IMG/VR virus record: IMGVR_UViG_3300035676_000024
Location: 1-37,109 of that record
DNA: 37,109 nt
Origin: a virus
Lineage: Duplodnaviria; Caudoviricetes
Strand: one strand, 5' to 3'
Shown here piece by piece: positions 9,061 to 18,077 of the stretch; the first letter of the stretch is position 1; each line of letters opens with the position of its first letter. Under the pieces are notes generated by a model that was not told where the DNA came from, made no database searches, and was given only the letters and a program-made list of their open reading frames with translations. Position numbers and translations under genes: made by a program.

Positions 9061-10403
9061 TGGCTGAAGACGCAATCAAAGAATTGGCGGGGATGCAGCA
9101 GTATCCCATCCAACTCAAGCCTTACGAGGAAAACCTGATTAAGGCTTCCGAAGCCAAGGGTGAGCTTGCCGGTTTGCAGGCCGGTATGGAAGCAGAACGA
9201 TCTGTTGCCAAGCAGAAAGCTTTGTCAGCAACTGGAGAAGAGTTCGCTCAAAAAGTAAGAGAGGCTCCGCAGCGTAAGCAGCTAGAAGAGGTCTCTACGC
9301 AGATGGGCACTCCTTTCATTCCGACTCAAGAGAACGCGCAGAACCTGGGTAGCATCTTTGCGCTTGTCAACATCGCTGGCTTTGCATTGGGTGCTGGTGG
9401 TAAGCGCAACTCTATTGGCGCTATGTCTGCCATGAACGGTATGCTCAAGGGCTACCAACAAGGAAGGCAAGACTTATACAAGAAAGAAAAAGACGTTTTC
9501 GACATCAACATGAAGCAGTTGAAAAGCCGCTATGACATGTTGGACAAGCAATTGAAAGATGCTATCGAGACGTACAAGACCGACAAGCAAGCAGGTATTC
9601 AAGCAGCAGAGTTGGCTTACGCAGAAGCTGGTGCTGACTTTATGAAGCGGCATTTGGAAAAGTTCGGCCTTGCCAAGAATTACGACACGTTCAAAGACAC
9701 GTTCCAGATTCTCAACAGAGCAGATGCGGAACGAGTTAGAGAAGAACAACGAGCAGAAGCACAGAGAGCTAGAGAGCAACAGGCTCGTGAAACGCTACAG
9801 TTCCGCAAAGACCAAGCTGCTAAGGACTTGATGCTTCGCAGAGAAATGCTCGCTTTGCGGAGAGAAGGCATTGAATCGACTCGTCAGAAACGAGAAGAAC
9901 GTGATGCAAAGTTAAGCCCTGTTGAGCGTAAAGAGGTTCGTGGATTTGAGAACTTGCAAGACGAAATCACTTTGCTTAAGCAGACGTTCAAGCCTGAGTA
10001 CGCAAACTTTAAGGCAGATGTTGTCGGTGATGTAGCTTCCAAGTTTAAGGCCAGATTTGAAGACAATCCAGAGATGGCAGAGTGGTGGAGACGTTACGAA
10101 AACGTGGCTTTGCCAGAACGACACTCTCTGTTTGGAGCTACCTTGACTGGTGGTGAACGAGATTCATGGCGCAAGGCCAGTATTGGCCCGGGCAGCTCTG
10201 ACAAAGAGGTTGCAAGCTGGATTGCCGACAAAGAGCGTGTTCTCAAGATGAAACTTGATCGGTATGACAGAACGGCTGGTTCTGCTGGTGGCGCAGGACA
10301 GACTCCAACACCTTCTTTCAACTCTATTGAAGAGGCAGAAAAAGCAGATCTACCAAAGGGCACGAAAATCATCGTCAATGGCAGAAAAGCAGAGGTGATG
10401 TAA
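9060..10403 (+). CDS. Putative internal virion/ejection protein
   Basis: 447 aa helical and coiled-coil with one Gly-rich hydrophobic patch; translationally coupled (TAATG). Confidence 0.6.
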   Translation: MAEDAIKELAGMQQYPIQLKPYEENLIKASEAKGELAGLQAGMEAERSVAKQKALSATGEEFAQKVREAPQRKQLEEVSTQMGTPFIPTQENAQNLGSIFALVNIAGFALGAGGKRNSIGAMSAMNGMLKGYQQGRQDLYKKEKDVFDINMKQLKSRYDMLDKQLKDAIETYKTDKQAGIQAAELAYAEAGADFMKRHLEKFGLAKNYDTFKDTFQILNRADAERVREEQRAEAQRAREQQARETLQFRKDQAAKDLMLRREMLALRREGIESTRQKREERDAKLSPVERKEVRGFENLQDEITLLKQTFKPEYANFKADVVGDVASKFKARFEDNPEMAEWWRRYENVALPERHSLFGATLTGGERDSWRKASIGPGSSDKEVASWIADKERVLKMKLDRYDRTAGSAGGAGQTPTPSFNSIEEAEKADLPKGTKIIVNGRKAEVM

Positions 10404-10405
10404 TC

Positions 10406-13159
10406 ATGGCTATCAAATTCGTTGACGAGCCAAAAAAAGAATCAAGCATCCGTTTCGTTGACGATGCTGCGACAACTCCAGAGCCAAAGGTTTCTGTTCC
10501 TGAGCCTGTTGCCTCTGCTGAGCCTAAAGACGGCAAAAAATATGACTTTGTGCAGGGTGCAGCAGATGTAGCAAAGTCCACAGGGTTTGGCGCTCTTGCT
10601 GGCGCTTTTGCTCCAGAACTGGTTACTGCACTGGGTGCTGGCATGATGGCGACTCCATTAGCACCATTTGGTCCACCAGTTATGACTGCTGGCAGAGCAA
10701 TGCGTGGTCAGCGTATTGCAAGCGGTGTGTCTGGTGCTTTTGGCGGTGCTGTTGGAGAGACAGCAGGGCAAGCCGTAGAAGCAACTGGAGGAGGCAAAGC
10801 TGCTGCTGAAACCGCTAGGTTTGTTGGCGGCATGTCTAGCCCTGAGCTTGTTCGTCAAGCCGTAAAACCTTTTGCAAAAGCTGGTGGTTATGGCCTGTCT
10901 ATTCTTGCAAACAAGGTCTTGCCTGGACTTGGTACGTCTGCACGAACACTGGGTCAACTGTTGAAGGAAGAAGGCCCAGCAACAGCAAACCTCACAGATG
11001 CACAGCGCAGGTTTGTAGAAGACAAGTTGCGCTCTATCCGTGGTGGTGAGCAGTCTTTCCAGCCTATGCAGGACATCTATGCCGTCTTGCGTCAGGGCGC
11101 TCAGAAAGCAACTTCGATGGCAGATCAAGCGGCATCTGCATTGGAGTCAGAAGCTGGACGCATCATTGCAGAAGCACAGACTACTGCTGGTCGCATTCCA
11201 GGTCAGTTTGAGGCTCGCATAAGCAACCTGCAAAGCCAGTTTGAGACATCTGCTGACAACATCAGGAGAGCGGCAGCAGAACACGCCTCCGCAATCCGCG
11301 CTCAGTCTGAATCAGCGGCAGAAGCCATCCGGCAACGCGCTGCTGTACAAGGTCCAGAGATGCAGGCGGCTGCTCGTCTACAAGCAGACCAAATCATTGC
11401 AAACGGTAGGCAGCAGGCAGACAGCATCTTGTCAGAGGCATCTACTCGCGTAGGTCGTCTGCGCTCTGTTTCTGACAGGTTGAGGGCAAGTGTGCCCGGA
11501 CAGCAGGCTAGAGCAGCACAAGAGCTTGGCGCTGTCGGCCCTGCTGCTAAACCCACAGACATCGGCAACCAGATTCGACAGCAGTTCATGAACAAGCTGG
11601 ACGAATTGAAGGGTGTGCGCGAGAAGAATGTTGAGCGACTAAAAACCGCAGCCTTTTCGGATGCTCAGCAGAAAGAGCTTGCTGGTCAGCGCTACCAGTC
11701 TACAAAGGCTTACAGCGAGGCTGTCAGGAACATTAGCCGAGAGATTCAGAATCCTGAAACCAAGCTGCTGAACGTGCCAGAAGGTGAGATTCGTCAGTCT
11801 TTGGTAAAGGTCATAGACCAGCTTCAGTCTGGGCAGATGAGCTTTCAAGGTTTGGAGACTCTGCGCCGGTCTTTGAGAGACAGGGCGTTTGGTTTGCCAG
11901 CAGAAGGCTATGACGCTATTGGTCAGCAGCAGGCAGGTCGTCTTGCAGACTACGTTGAGGGCATCCAGAAGGAGTTCTCGCCTGGATTTGAGAAGTACTT
12001 GCGTCAGTACTCAGAAGACTCAAAGCCGCTGAACGAGTTCAAGAATCGTCTTGGGAAAGCCATTGTCGGAAAAGAAGAGTTCGACATGAGCATGTTCAAG
12101 ACTGACCCTGCGGCTCTAGGCAAACAGGCATTCTCTACTGCCAGCACTGTTGACCAGCTTGTTAAGACGGTAGGACCACAGCAGGCTGAGCGTCTTGCCC
12201 GTATGTTCGTAGCAGATGGTTTGCGAGGCGGCTCTGCCAAGGATGTTGCCGACACCATCAAGGCGAACAGGGACTGGCTAGACCAGTTCCCGCAGCTTGC
12301 CCAGCAGTTGAATCAGACCGCTGAACGGCTTGGAGTGACAGAAAGAATCATTTCCAAACGTGGCGCACTGTCTAAGGCTCTGCGAACAGAGATGGGCGCT
12401 ATCCCTGGCAAAGCACAGAGGCTTGCGGCTAGGGGAGAAGAAAGTGCCGCCACTGCTGCTAGGAGGGCAGAAGAGGAAGGCGCTCGTCAAGTCCGTGCAT
12501 TGGAGAAGACGGCGGAGTCACAGGCGGCTAAGGCTGTTGGTGCTGGTGAAGCTGAAGCTGCGGCTAGGCTTGCAGGAGCAGAACAGCAGATTGCCTCTTC
12601 AGCCAAGTCTGTTGAGCGTCAGCGTGAAGCTTTGCAAAAAGAAGCTGAGCAAAGGGCAAAAGGTATTGTTGGTCAGGCAGAGGCACAGGCTGCTCCGCTT
12701 ACCGCTCAAGCGCAGAAGCTTCGTAAAGAGGCGCAAGACAAGGCAAACATCATTCTTGGCAGGGAGACTGACGAGAAGCGTGTGATGAACTTCTTGCTGG
12801 GTGCAAAGGCAGATGAGTGGGATGCTATTTCTCCCATCATTGCAGCAGCTCCAGGAGGAAAGGAGCGGCTTGCAGACGCAGTAGCGCAGACAATCGCACT
12901 ACGAGCAAACGCAAGTCTCAAAGGCGCGATAACAGACATGCAGCTCATGTCTGAGAACCTTGTGCGGAACAACTTGATGTCTCGCGCAGATGCTGACCAG
13001 CTTGTGCAGAAGTTGCAGGATGTGTTTGTTGCACCTATCAGCAGCATTCAGAAGTCTACGTTGAGCCAGCGTCTTATTCGTAACGCCGTCATCGGGTATG
13101 CAGTCCCCGGTGCTGAGCGAGGGGTTGAGGGTGTTGTTAACTTTTTTGGAGAACAGTGA
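10406..13159 (+). CDS. Large putative ejection protein
   Basis: 917 aa, Ala/Gln-rich coiled coils with an N-terminal glycine-zipper region; largest gene, in the position typical of podovirus core proteins. Confidence 0.6.
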   Translation: MAIKFVDEPKKESSIRFVDDAATTPEPKVSVPEPVASAEPKDGKKYDFVQGAADVAKSTGFGALAGAFAPELVTALGAGMMATPLAPFGPPVMTAGRAMRGQRIASGVSGAFGGAVGETAGQAVEATGGGKAAAETARFVGGMSSPELVRQAVKPFAKAGGYGLSILANKVLPGLGTSARTLGQLLKEEGPATANLTDAQRRFVEDKLRSIRGGEQSFQPMQDIYAVLRQGAQKATSMADQAASALESEAGRIIAEAQTTAGRIPGQFEARISNLQSQFETSADNIRRAAAEHASAIRAQSESAAEAIRQRAAVQGPEMQAAARLQADQIIANGRQQADSILSEASTRVGRLRSVSDRLRASVPGQQARAAQELGAVGPAAKPTDIGNQIRQQFMNKLDELKGVREKNVERLKTAAFSDAQQKELAGQRYQSTKAYSEAVRNISREIQNPETKLLNVPEGEIRQSLVKVIDQLQSGQMSFQGLETLRRSLRDRAFGLPAEGYDAIGQQQAGRLADYVEGIQKEFSPGFEKYLRQYSEDSKPLNEFKNRLGKAIVGKEEFDMSMFKTDPAALGKQAFSTASTVDQLVKTVGPQQAERLARMFVADGLRGGSAKDVADTIKANRDWLDQFPQLAQQLNQTAERLGVTERIISKRGALSKALRTEMGAIPGKAQRLAARGEESAATAARRAEEEGARQVRALEKTAESQAAKAVGAGEAEAAARLAGAEQQIASSAKSVERQREALQKEAEQRAKGIVGQAEAQAAPLTAQAQKLRKEAQDKANIILGRETDEKRVMNFLLGAKADEWDAISPIIAAAPGGKERLADAVAQTIALRANASLKGAITDMQLMSENLVRNNLMSRADADQLVQKLQDVFVAPISSIQKSTLSQRLIRNAVIGYAVPGAERGVEGVVNFFGEQ

Positions 13160-13311
13160 TGAAAGAAGAAAGTCTTGAGCCACGTGATACCCGCATGGGT
13201 GGTGAGAACGAGATGCGTGGTAGCCGCGATGCACAACGTGCGCTTGCCAAGCAGCGTGAGATGGATCGTATGCAAGCTGCTCGTAAGCAGATGCGTAAAC
13301 CCAAGCGTTGA
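13159..13311 (+). CDS. Small Arg/Met-rich protein (50 aa, not in ORF track)
   Basis: TGATG coupling; MKEESLEPRDTRMGGENEMRGSRDAQRALAKQREMDRMQAARKQMRKPKR. Confidence 0.7.
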   Translation: MKEESLEPRDTRMGGENEMRGSRDAQRALAKQREMDRMQAARKQMRKPKR

Positions 13312-13320
13312 GGTGCAGCC

Positions 13321-13461
13321 ATGCCGTTGAAACAAGGTTTTTCGCAGAAGACCATCAGCAAGAACATCAGCAAAGAAGTTCGCCGTGGTCGTCCTCAGAA
13401 ACAGGCTATTGCTATCGCGTTGAGCGTGGCACGTAAGGCTAAGCGTAAAGACAAGCGATGA
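13321..13461 (+). CDS. Small basic protein (46 aa, MPLK...QAIAIAL type; not in ORF track)
   Basis: GAGGT RBS; [46 protein letters not shown]. Confidence 0.8.
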   Translation: MPLKQGFSQKTISKNISKEVRRGRPQKQAIAIALSVARKAKRKDKR

Positions 13462-13658
13462 GCAGGAAAAAGACAGGCATCAATCCTGAGCTTGAGAAGC
13501 ACATAAATCAGCTTCTGAGCGCAGTCATGAATGACGGTACTGCCAGCATCACAGAGAAGATGAAAGTCGTTGACCGCGCTCTAAAGCTAGAGCAGTTGAA
13601 GGCTAAGATTTCTGATGATGAGTGGGGTTCTGGCTTCATGATGGAAGATGACGATTAG
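13458..13658 (+). CDS. Hypothetical helical protein
   Basis: 66 aa, ATGA overlap, acidic tail. Confidence 0.7.
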   Translation: MSRKKTGINPELEKHINQLLSAVMNDGTASITEKMKVVDRALKLEQLKAKISDDEWGSGFMMEDDD

Positions 13659-13676
13659 GATAAGTGATGATATGAT
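13648..13676 (+). promoter_or_regulatory. Candidate sigma70 promoter for the membrane/lysis block
   Basis: ATGACG-N17-TATGAT with TGn extended -10, in an AT-rich gap before 13709. Confidence 0.4.
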
Positions 13677-13708
13677 TATTCCGCTATATCAACATAGAGG
13701 GTGTAATC

Positions 13709-13936
13709 ATGGACGCACAGGTATTGAGGTTTGTCAGGCTCGGTCTTGAGGTAATCACGGACCGGCTCATCACCATCTTGGCGCTGCTTAGCAGTGGTGG
13801 GCTGGCTTGTTGGGTAATGTGGGGGCCAGAGTGGGAGCGAGTCTCCACTCTTGCTATTTATGTCCTTTTTGCATATCTTGTAGTCCGAGCAAAGGAGAGT
13901 AGAAATGAAGCTGATACCAAAGGTAAAAACGGTTAG
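13709..13936 (+). CDS. Small two-TM membrane protein
   Basis: 75 aa, GAGGG RBS, two hydrophobic helices, charged C-terminus. Confidence 0.7.
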   Translation: MDAQVLRFVRLGLEVITDRLITILALLSSGGLACWVMWGPEWERVSTLAIYVLFAYLVVRAKESRNEADTKGKNG

Positions 13937-14120
13937 TAGCTATGCCGAGGTTGGCACTGGCGTGATTGAGAACAAGCTGTGTGTGCCTGGGGAGTACACC
14001 CCTGGCAAGATGCCTGCTGGTGGGTTCCAAGCTGTCTGGAACTTTAAAAACAACCAGCCCAACGACTACTTCACCCGCAAGATGTCTCCGACTTCTGGTG
14101 GTGGCAAGAAGGTGTACTAA
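13905..14120 (+). CDS. Hypothetical protein
   Basis: 71 aa, AAGGAG RBS. Confidence 0.7.
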   Translation: MKLIPKVKTVSSYAEVGTGVIENKLCVPGEYTPGKMPAGGFQAVWNFKNNQPNDYFTRKMSPTSGGGKKVY

Positions 14121-14122
14121 TC

Positions 14123-14449
14123 ATGGGAATCATGGCTTTTACCCCGATGGGGAATGCAGTAGTGTTTACTGCTGCTGTCACGGCTCCCACTCCGGTAAGA
14201 GCCTTGTCCACGACCATCGGCGGCACTCAGTACCGAGTCCACAACACGGGCAACGTGGTCGTCTACATGGGCGTTGGTGACACTGCCAACTCTTCTACGT
14301 CACAAGCAAACGTTTCTCTGAATGGGGCGACAATAAGCCTCATGCCAAACTCTGTAGAAGTGTTCACCTTTAACGCGAACCAGTACTTCACAGGTGCTAC
14401 TGCCAGTGGCACGGCTGCGGTTACTGTTGTTCCTGGGGATGGTTCGTAA
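14123..14449 (+). CDS. Structural protein, paralog of 4491..4820
   Basis: 108 aa, colinear similarity including the identical terminal PGDGS. Confidence 0.75.
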   Translation: MGIMAFTPMGNAVVFTAAVTAPTPVRALSTTIGGTQYRVHNTGNVVVYMGVGDTANSSTSQANVSLNGATISLMPNSVEVFTFNANQYFTGATASGTAAVTVVPGDGS

Positions 14450-14958
14450 TGTTACGTACAGCCGGTGGACTGACGGTTAACCAGACGACCCAGTTTGCTG
14501 GCTACTATGGCTCCTTCTACAGCAGCCTAGACCAGACAGACGGCACAACCCCGCATCTGATGTTCTGCGAGAACACCGCAGACGCAGATGGTGTGAGCAT
14601 GGAGCTTGGTGATGAGGCCACAAAAAGCCAAATTACTTTTGCTCACACCGGAACGTACAACATCCAGTTTTCCGCACAGCTACACAATACAGGTGGTGGT
14701 GGGTCAGGAAACACAACAAATATCTGGTTCAAACTTAACGGCAACAACATTGCGAACTCTGACACCAAGGTCACGGTTCCGAGCAATGCGCCCTATGTCG
14801 TTGCAGCTTGGAACTTCATTGTCAGTGTTGCTGCTGGGAACTATGTAGAGATTGCATGGCTTGCTGACAACAACAACATCATTCTTGAACACGAACCATC
14901 TGGCACGTACAACCCCGCGATTCCATCTGTCATCATCACTGCTGTACAGGTTAGGTAA
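14449..14958 (+). CDS. C1q/TNF/BclA-C-like beta-sandwich protein (putative spike or decoration)
   Basis: 169 aa; GTYNIQFSAQL, IWFKLNG, AAGNYVEIAW pattern. Confidence 0.6.
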   Translation: MLRTAGGLTVNQTTQFAGYYGSFYSSLDQTDGTTPHLMFCENTADADGVSMELGDEATKSQITFAHTGTYNIQFSAQLHNTGGGGSGNTTNIWFKLNGNNIANSDTKVTVPSNAPYVVAAWNFIVSVAAGNYVEIAWLADNNNIILEHEPSGTYNPAIPSVIITAVQVR

Positions 14959-15368
14959 TGGAACCTATCGACATCAAAGTGTTTAAGGCTCAGGCCCAGG
15001 CTGAACTAAACCGACTAGAGGCGCAGAGTACGGCAAAAGAAGTTGCAGGCAAGGCTATTGGCAAGCATGGACTTGCCTACATCACTGCCATAGTGATTGT
15101 TGGCGTGGGTGCTAGCCTGATGCTGGAGGAGTCCAAGATTGCCGCTGTTATCGGCTTGGTAAGTGCTGCTCTAACCGCACTCATCGCCATGCTTAACGGC
15201 ATTGCTGGGGCTACTCCAAAACAAGAAAAGCCGGAGTTTGAAGTCATCAAGTCTCTGATTGACAAGCTGGACAAGCTAGACCGGTCTGAGCAACCTATGC
15301 AGGTCATTGTTGAGGACAAGGTTGTCAAGGTCACTAAAGGTGAAAGCACAGTCACCACTGCGAGGTAA
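14958..15368 (+). CDS. Two-TM membrane protein
   Basis: 136 aa with two hydrophobic helices, upstream of holin and endolysin. Confidence 0.7.
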   Translation: MEPIDIKVFKAQAQAELNRLEAQSTAKEVAGKAIGKHGLAYITAIVIVGVGASLMLEESKIAAVIGLVSAALTALIAMLNGIAGATPKQEKPEFEVIKSLIDKLDKLDRSEQPMQVIVEDKVVKVTKGESTVTTAR

Positions 15369-15370
15369 GC

Positions 15371-15868
15371 ATGGATTGGCTTAAACAGATTGCTCCTACC
15401 GTAGCCACTGCTCTGGGTGGCCCTCTTGCTGGGATGGCTGTGTCTGCCATTTCCAAAGCCATAGGTGTAGATGAGGACAAGGTAACTGACATCATCTCCA
15501 GTAACAAGCTCACGGCAGATCAAGTAGCCCAGATCAAGATTGCAGAGATTGAGCTTGCTCGGCAGGCGCAGGAGCTTGGCCTGAACTTCGAGAAGCTGGC
15601 AGTAGATGACCGCAAGAGTGCTAGAGAGATGCAGGCTACTACCCGCTCTCTGATGCCTCCAATCCTTGCTGGCACAGTCACAGTTGGTTTTTTTGGCATC
15701 ATGGTCATGATGTTCTTCAACCAAATTGACAGCAACAACTCAGCCATTCTGATGATGCTAGGCTCACTAGGCACAGCTTGGACTGGCATCATCGCCTATT
15801 ACTTTGGCTCCTCTGCTGGCTCTCAGGCAAAGACAGACCTTCTCTCTAAGGCTTCGCCAATCAAATGA
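15371..15868 (+). CDS. Holin-like protein (3TM, GTA-holin type)
   Basis: APTVATALGGPLAG start, DRKSAREMQ, two C-terminal TM helices ending YYFGSSAGS; adjacent to the endolysin. Confidence 0.75.
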   Translation: MDWLKQIAPTVATALGGPLAGMAVSAISKAIGVDEDKVTDIISSNKLTADQVAQIKIAEIELARQAQELGLNFEKLAVDDRKSAREMQATTRSLMPPILAGTVTVGFFGIMVMMFFNQIDSNNSAILMMLGSLGTAWTGIIAYYFGSSAGSQAKTDLLSKASPIK

Positions 15869-16380
15869 AACACAACTGGGACGAAGCTCTCAAACATGTT
15901 CTCAGGTATGAGGGCGGCTATGTCAATCATCCTTCTGACCCAGGCGGGATGACCAACCTAGGAGTGACCAAACGTGTTTGGGAGGAATGGATTGGACGAC
16001 CAGCAACTGAGCAGGACATGCGCTCCCTCACCCCTGAACTCGTTTCTCCGCTGTACAAGAAGCGTTACTGGGACGCTGTTCGCGGTGATGACCTTCCTTC
16101 TGGTGTTGATCTGTGCGTGTTTGATTGTGCCGTCAATGCTGGTGTTGGTCGGGCTAGTAAATTTCTACAACAAGTTGTTGGAGTGACTGCTGATGGGCAG
16201 ATCGGCCCAAAGACAATCGCAGCCGTCACAGCCAAACCCGCTGACGAGGTGATTGAAGCCTTCTGCAATCTACGTGAGGCACACTTCAAGTCTCTGTCTA
16301 CCTTTCCTACGTTTGGAAAAGGATGGATGCGTAGGCTAGACTCTGTTGAAGAAGAATGTAAGGGGATGTGCGATGCCTAG
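15865..16380 (+). CDS. Endolysin, glycoside hydrolase family 108 with PG-binding domain
   Basis: EGGYVNHPSDPGGMTNLGVT catalytic motif, FDCAVNAG, DGQIGPKT, FGKGWMRR. Confidence 0.92.
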   Translation: MKHNWDEALKHVLRYEGGYVNHPSDPGGMTNLGVTKRVWEEWIGRPATEQDMRSLTPELVSPLYKKRYWDAVRGDDLPSGVDLCVFDCAVNAGVGRASKFLQQVVGVTADGQIGPKTIAAVTAKPADEVIEAFCNLREAHFKSLSTFPTFGKGWMRRLDSVEEECKGMCDA

Positions 16381-16609
16381 TAAGAAGTTTCCAAACCTAT
16401 CTGTAGGCAGAGGTGAGAAGTTGCCTGTCAGTCGTGGGGCTGGTTTGACTGCCAAGGGTAGGGCTAAGGCTAACAGGGCTACTGGCAGCAAGCTCAAAGC
16501 TCCAACCAAAGACCCTAAGAACCCTCGTCACAAGTCTTTCTGTTCCCGTAGCAAGTCATGGAAAGGTGAGCGTGGCAAGGCTGCTCGTAAACGCTGGGGA
16601 TGTCGGTGA
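16373..16609 (+). CDS. Small basic protein (DUF6321-like)
   Basis: ATG at 16373 with AGGGG RBS; GLTAKGRA...LKAP...R-KSFC-R...RWGC. Confidence 0.75.
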   Translation: MPSKKFPNLSVGRGEKLPVSRGAGLTAKGRAKANRATGSKLKAPTKDPKNPRHKSFCSRSKSWKGERGKAARKRWGCR

Positions 16610-17121
16610 GCCACCCAGCACAAGTAAATTTTGTTTCCAGAGTTCAGCAACAGTTCCCACAGTTATTTGCTGGCAAACGAGTGCTGGAAGTTGGCAGTTT
16701 GAACATCAATGGTTCCATCCGTCAATTTTTTTCTGACTGCGATTACATTGGTGTAGACATTGGCCCTGGGCCATGTGTAGATGTTGTATGTGCGGGTGAG
16801 GACTTGTCTTACCCTGACAGCAGCTTTGATGTTGTAGCGTCTTGTGAGTGTTTCGAACACAACCCTAACTGGGTACAGACGTTCAACAACATGGCTAGGA
16901 TGAGCAAAGAGCTAGTGTTCTTCTCTTGTGCAACCACTGGTAGGGCTGAGCATGGTACGCGCAGGAGTAACCCGCAAGATGCTCCCTACTGCGGTGACTA
17001 CTATGCCAACATCACAGAAGAAGATGTAAGGTCTAGTTGTGACCTAAGTGTGTTTAGCCAGTACGAGTTTGAAGTTAACGATCAGGCACATGACCTGTAC
17101 TTCTGGGGAGTCAAGAGATGA
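16606..17121 (+). CDS. Class I SAM-dependent methyltransferase
   Basis: VLEVGS motif I, Y-GVDI, FDVV-SCECFEH. GTG start (MSHP) overlaps the upstream stop; the track start is 16600. Confidence 0.85.
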   Translation: MSHPAQVNFVSRVQQQFPQLFAGKRVLEVGSLNINGSIRQFFSDCDYIGVDIGPGPCVDVVCAGEDLSYPDSSFDVVASCECFEHNPNWVQTFNNMARMSKELVFFSCATTGRAEHGTRRSNPQDAPYCGDYYANITEEDVRSSCDLSVFSQYEFEVNDQAHDLYFWGVKR

Positions 17122-17267
17122 AGAAGACACCTAAAGCTAAGCGCGGCCTGTACTACAACATCAACCGTAGGCGAGAGCTAGGCTTGCCAGCGAAGAAGCC
17201 TGGACAGACTGGATATCCTACTGCCCAGGCTTTTCGCAGGTCTGCACGTACTGCTAAGAAGCGTTAG
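17118..17267 (+). CDS. Small basic protein (49 aa, not in ORF track)
   Basis: GGGGAG RBS, ATGA overlap; MKKTPKAKRGLYYNINRRRELGLPAKKPGQTGYPTAQAFRRSARTAKKR. Last gene of the + arm, overlapping the convergent gene by 14 nt. Confidence 0.75.
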   Translation: MKKTPKAKRGLYYNINRRRELGLPAKKPGQTGYPTAQAFRRSARTAKKR

Positions 17268-18009
17268 GCAGCAAGCCGCCTTCGAACAGGTACGATCCAA
17301 AATGCCCCAGGTTGACCCAGGGTGCAGCGTAAATCTTGATACCCATCTCTCTGGCTTTCCAGCAGAAGTAGTAGTCTTCTGACAGGAGTCTCTGCACTCC
17401 TGGCTCTATAGCGCAGGCGAAGTACTCGGTAATCCAGTCTGTGATTTCACCGGACAGCACCTTCACATCGTTGCGGTAAGCAGGCAGTTGCTCCTTCATC
17501 TTCACAAGAACTTCCTTCTTGATAAGCATGAAGCCTGTGCCACCATTCCAGATTTCCAGAGGCTCGTTAGCAGGCACTGTGACCTGCCCTTCGTAGCCTA
17601 CAAGGTTGACCACCATCGAACCAGTCTTGTTCTTGAGTTGGTCTACAGGAACGCCTTCTTTGACTGCTTGCTCAACTGTGTGCCAGTTGATTTCTTTCTT
17701 AGGGTAGATGCCGCAGATGATGTCCTTGTCTGCCCTGAGCATGTGAACGATGTCAGCAGGGTTGAACTTGATGTCTGCATCTATGAACATCAGGTGAGTA
17801 GCCGCCTCGTTTTGCATGAACTGGTGAGCTAGCAAGTTCCTGCCACGCTGTATCAGGCTCTCGTTGAAGAGGAAGGATACAGACAGGTCTATGTTGTTGT
17901 CAGACAGAACCTTGGTTGCTGTGATGAGGGACTGCGTGAAGAACCCTGTACACATGCCACCATACATAGGCACTGCCAAGAATACGTGAGGCTTCTTTTC
18001 TTCTTCCAT
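17254..18009 (-). CDS. GT-A fold glycosyltransferase-like protein
   Basis: VFLAVPMYGG, ESLIQRGRN, HLMFIDADI (DxD), GTGFMLI, LSEDYYFC, LGHFG. Confidence 0.8.
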   Translation of the reverse strand: MEEEKKPHVFLAVPMYGGMCTGFFTQSLITATKVLSDNNIDLSVSFLFNESLIQRGRNLLAHQFMQNEAATHLMFIDADIKFNPADIVHMLRADKDIICGIYPKKEINWHTVEQAVKEGVPVDQLKNKTGSMVVNLVGYEGQVTVPANEPLEIWNGGTGFMLIKKEVLVKMKEQLPAYRNDVKVLSGEITDWITEYFACAIEPGVQRLLSEDYYFCWKAREMGIKIYAAPWVNLGHFGSYLFEGGLLPNAS

Positions 18010-18018
18010 GTTTACTCC

Positions 18019-18074
18019 GAGTTAGGTAGGGTGGTGGAGGCCAGTACCGCTGTCCACCGGCAGCGTCCTAACTC
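18019..18074 (-). ncRNA. Candidate pseudoknotted cis-regulatory RNA in the 5' UTR of the glycosyltransferase
   Basis: Minus strand: outer stem GAGTTAGG/CCTAACTC; inner stem CGCTG/CAGCG whose loop GGTGGA is complementary to downstream TCCACC. Confidence 0.45.
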
Positions 18075-18077
18075 CCC

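Noticed and set aside
16606-17121. DNA methyltransferase
   Set aside because: No DPPY/NPPY or PCQ catalytic motif; it resembles small-molecule or glycan class I methyltransferases.
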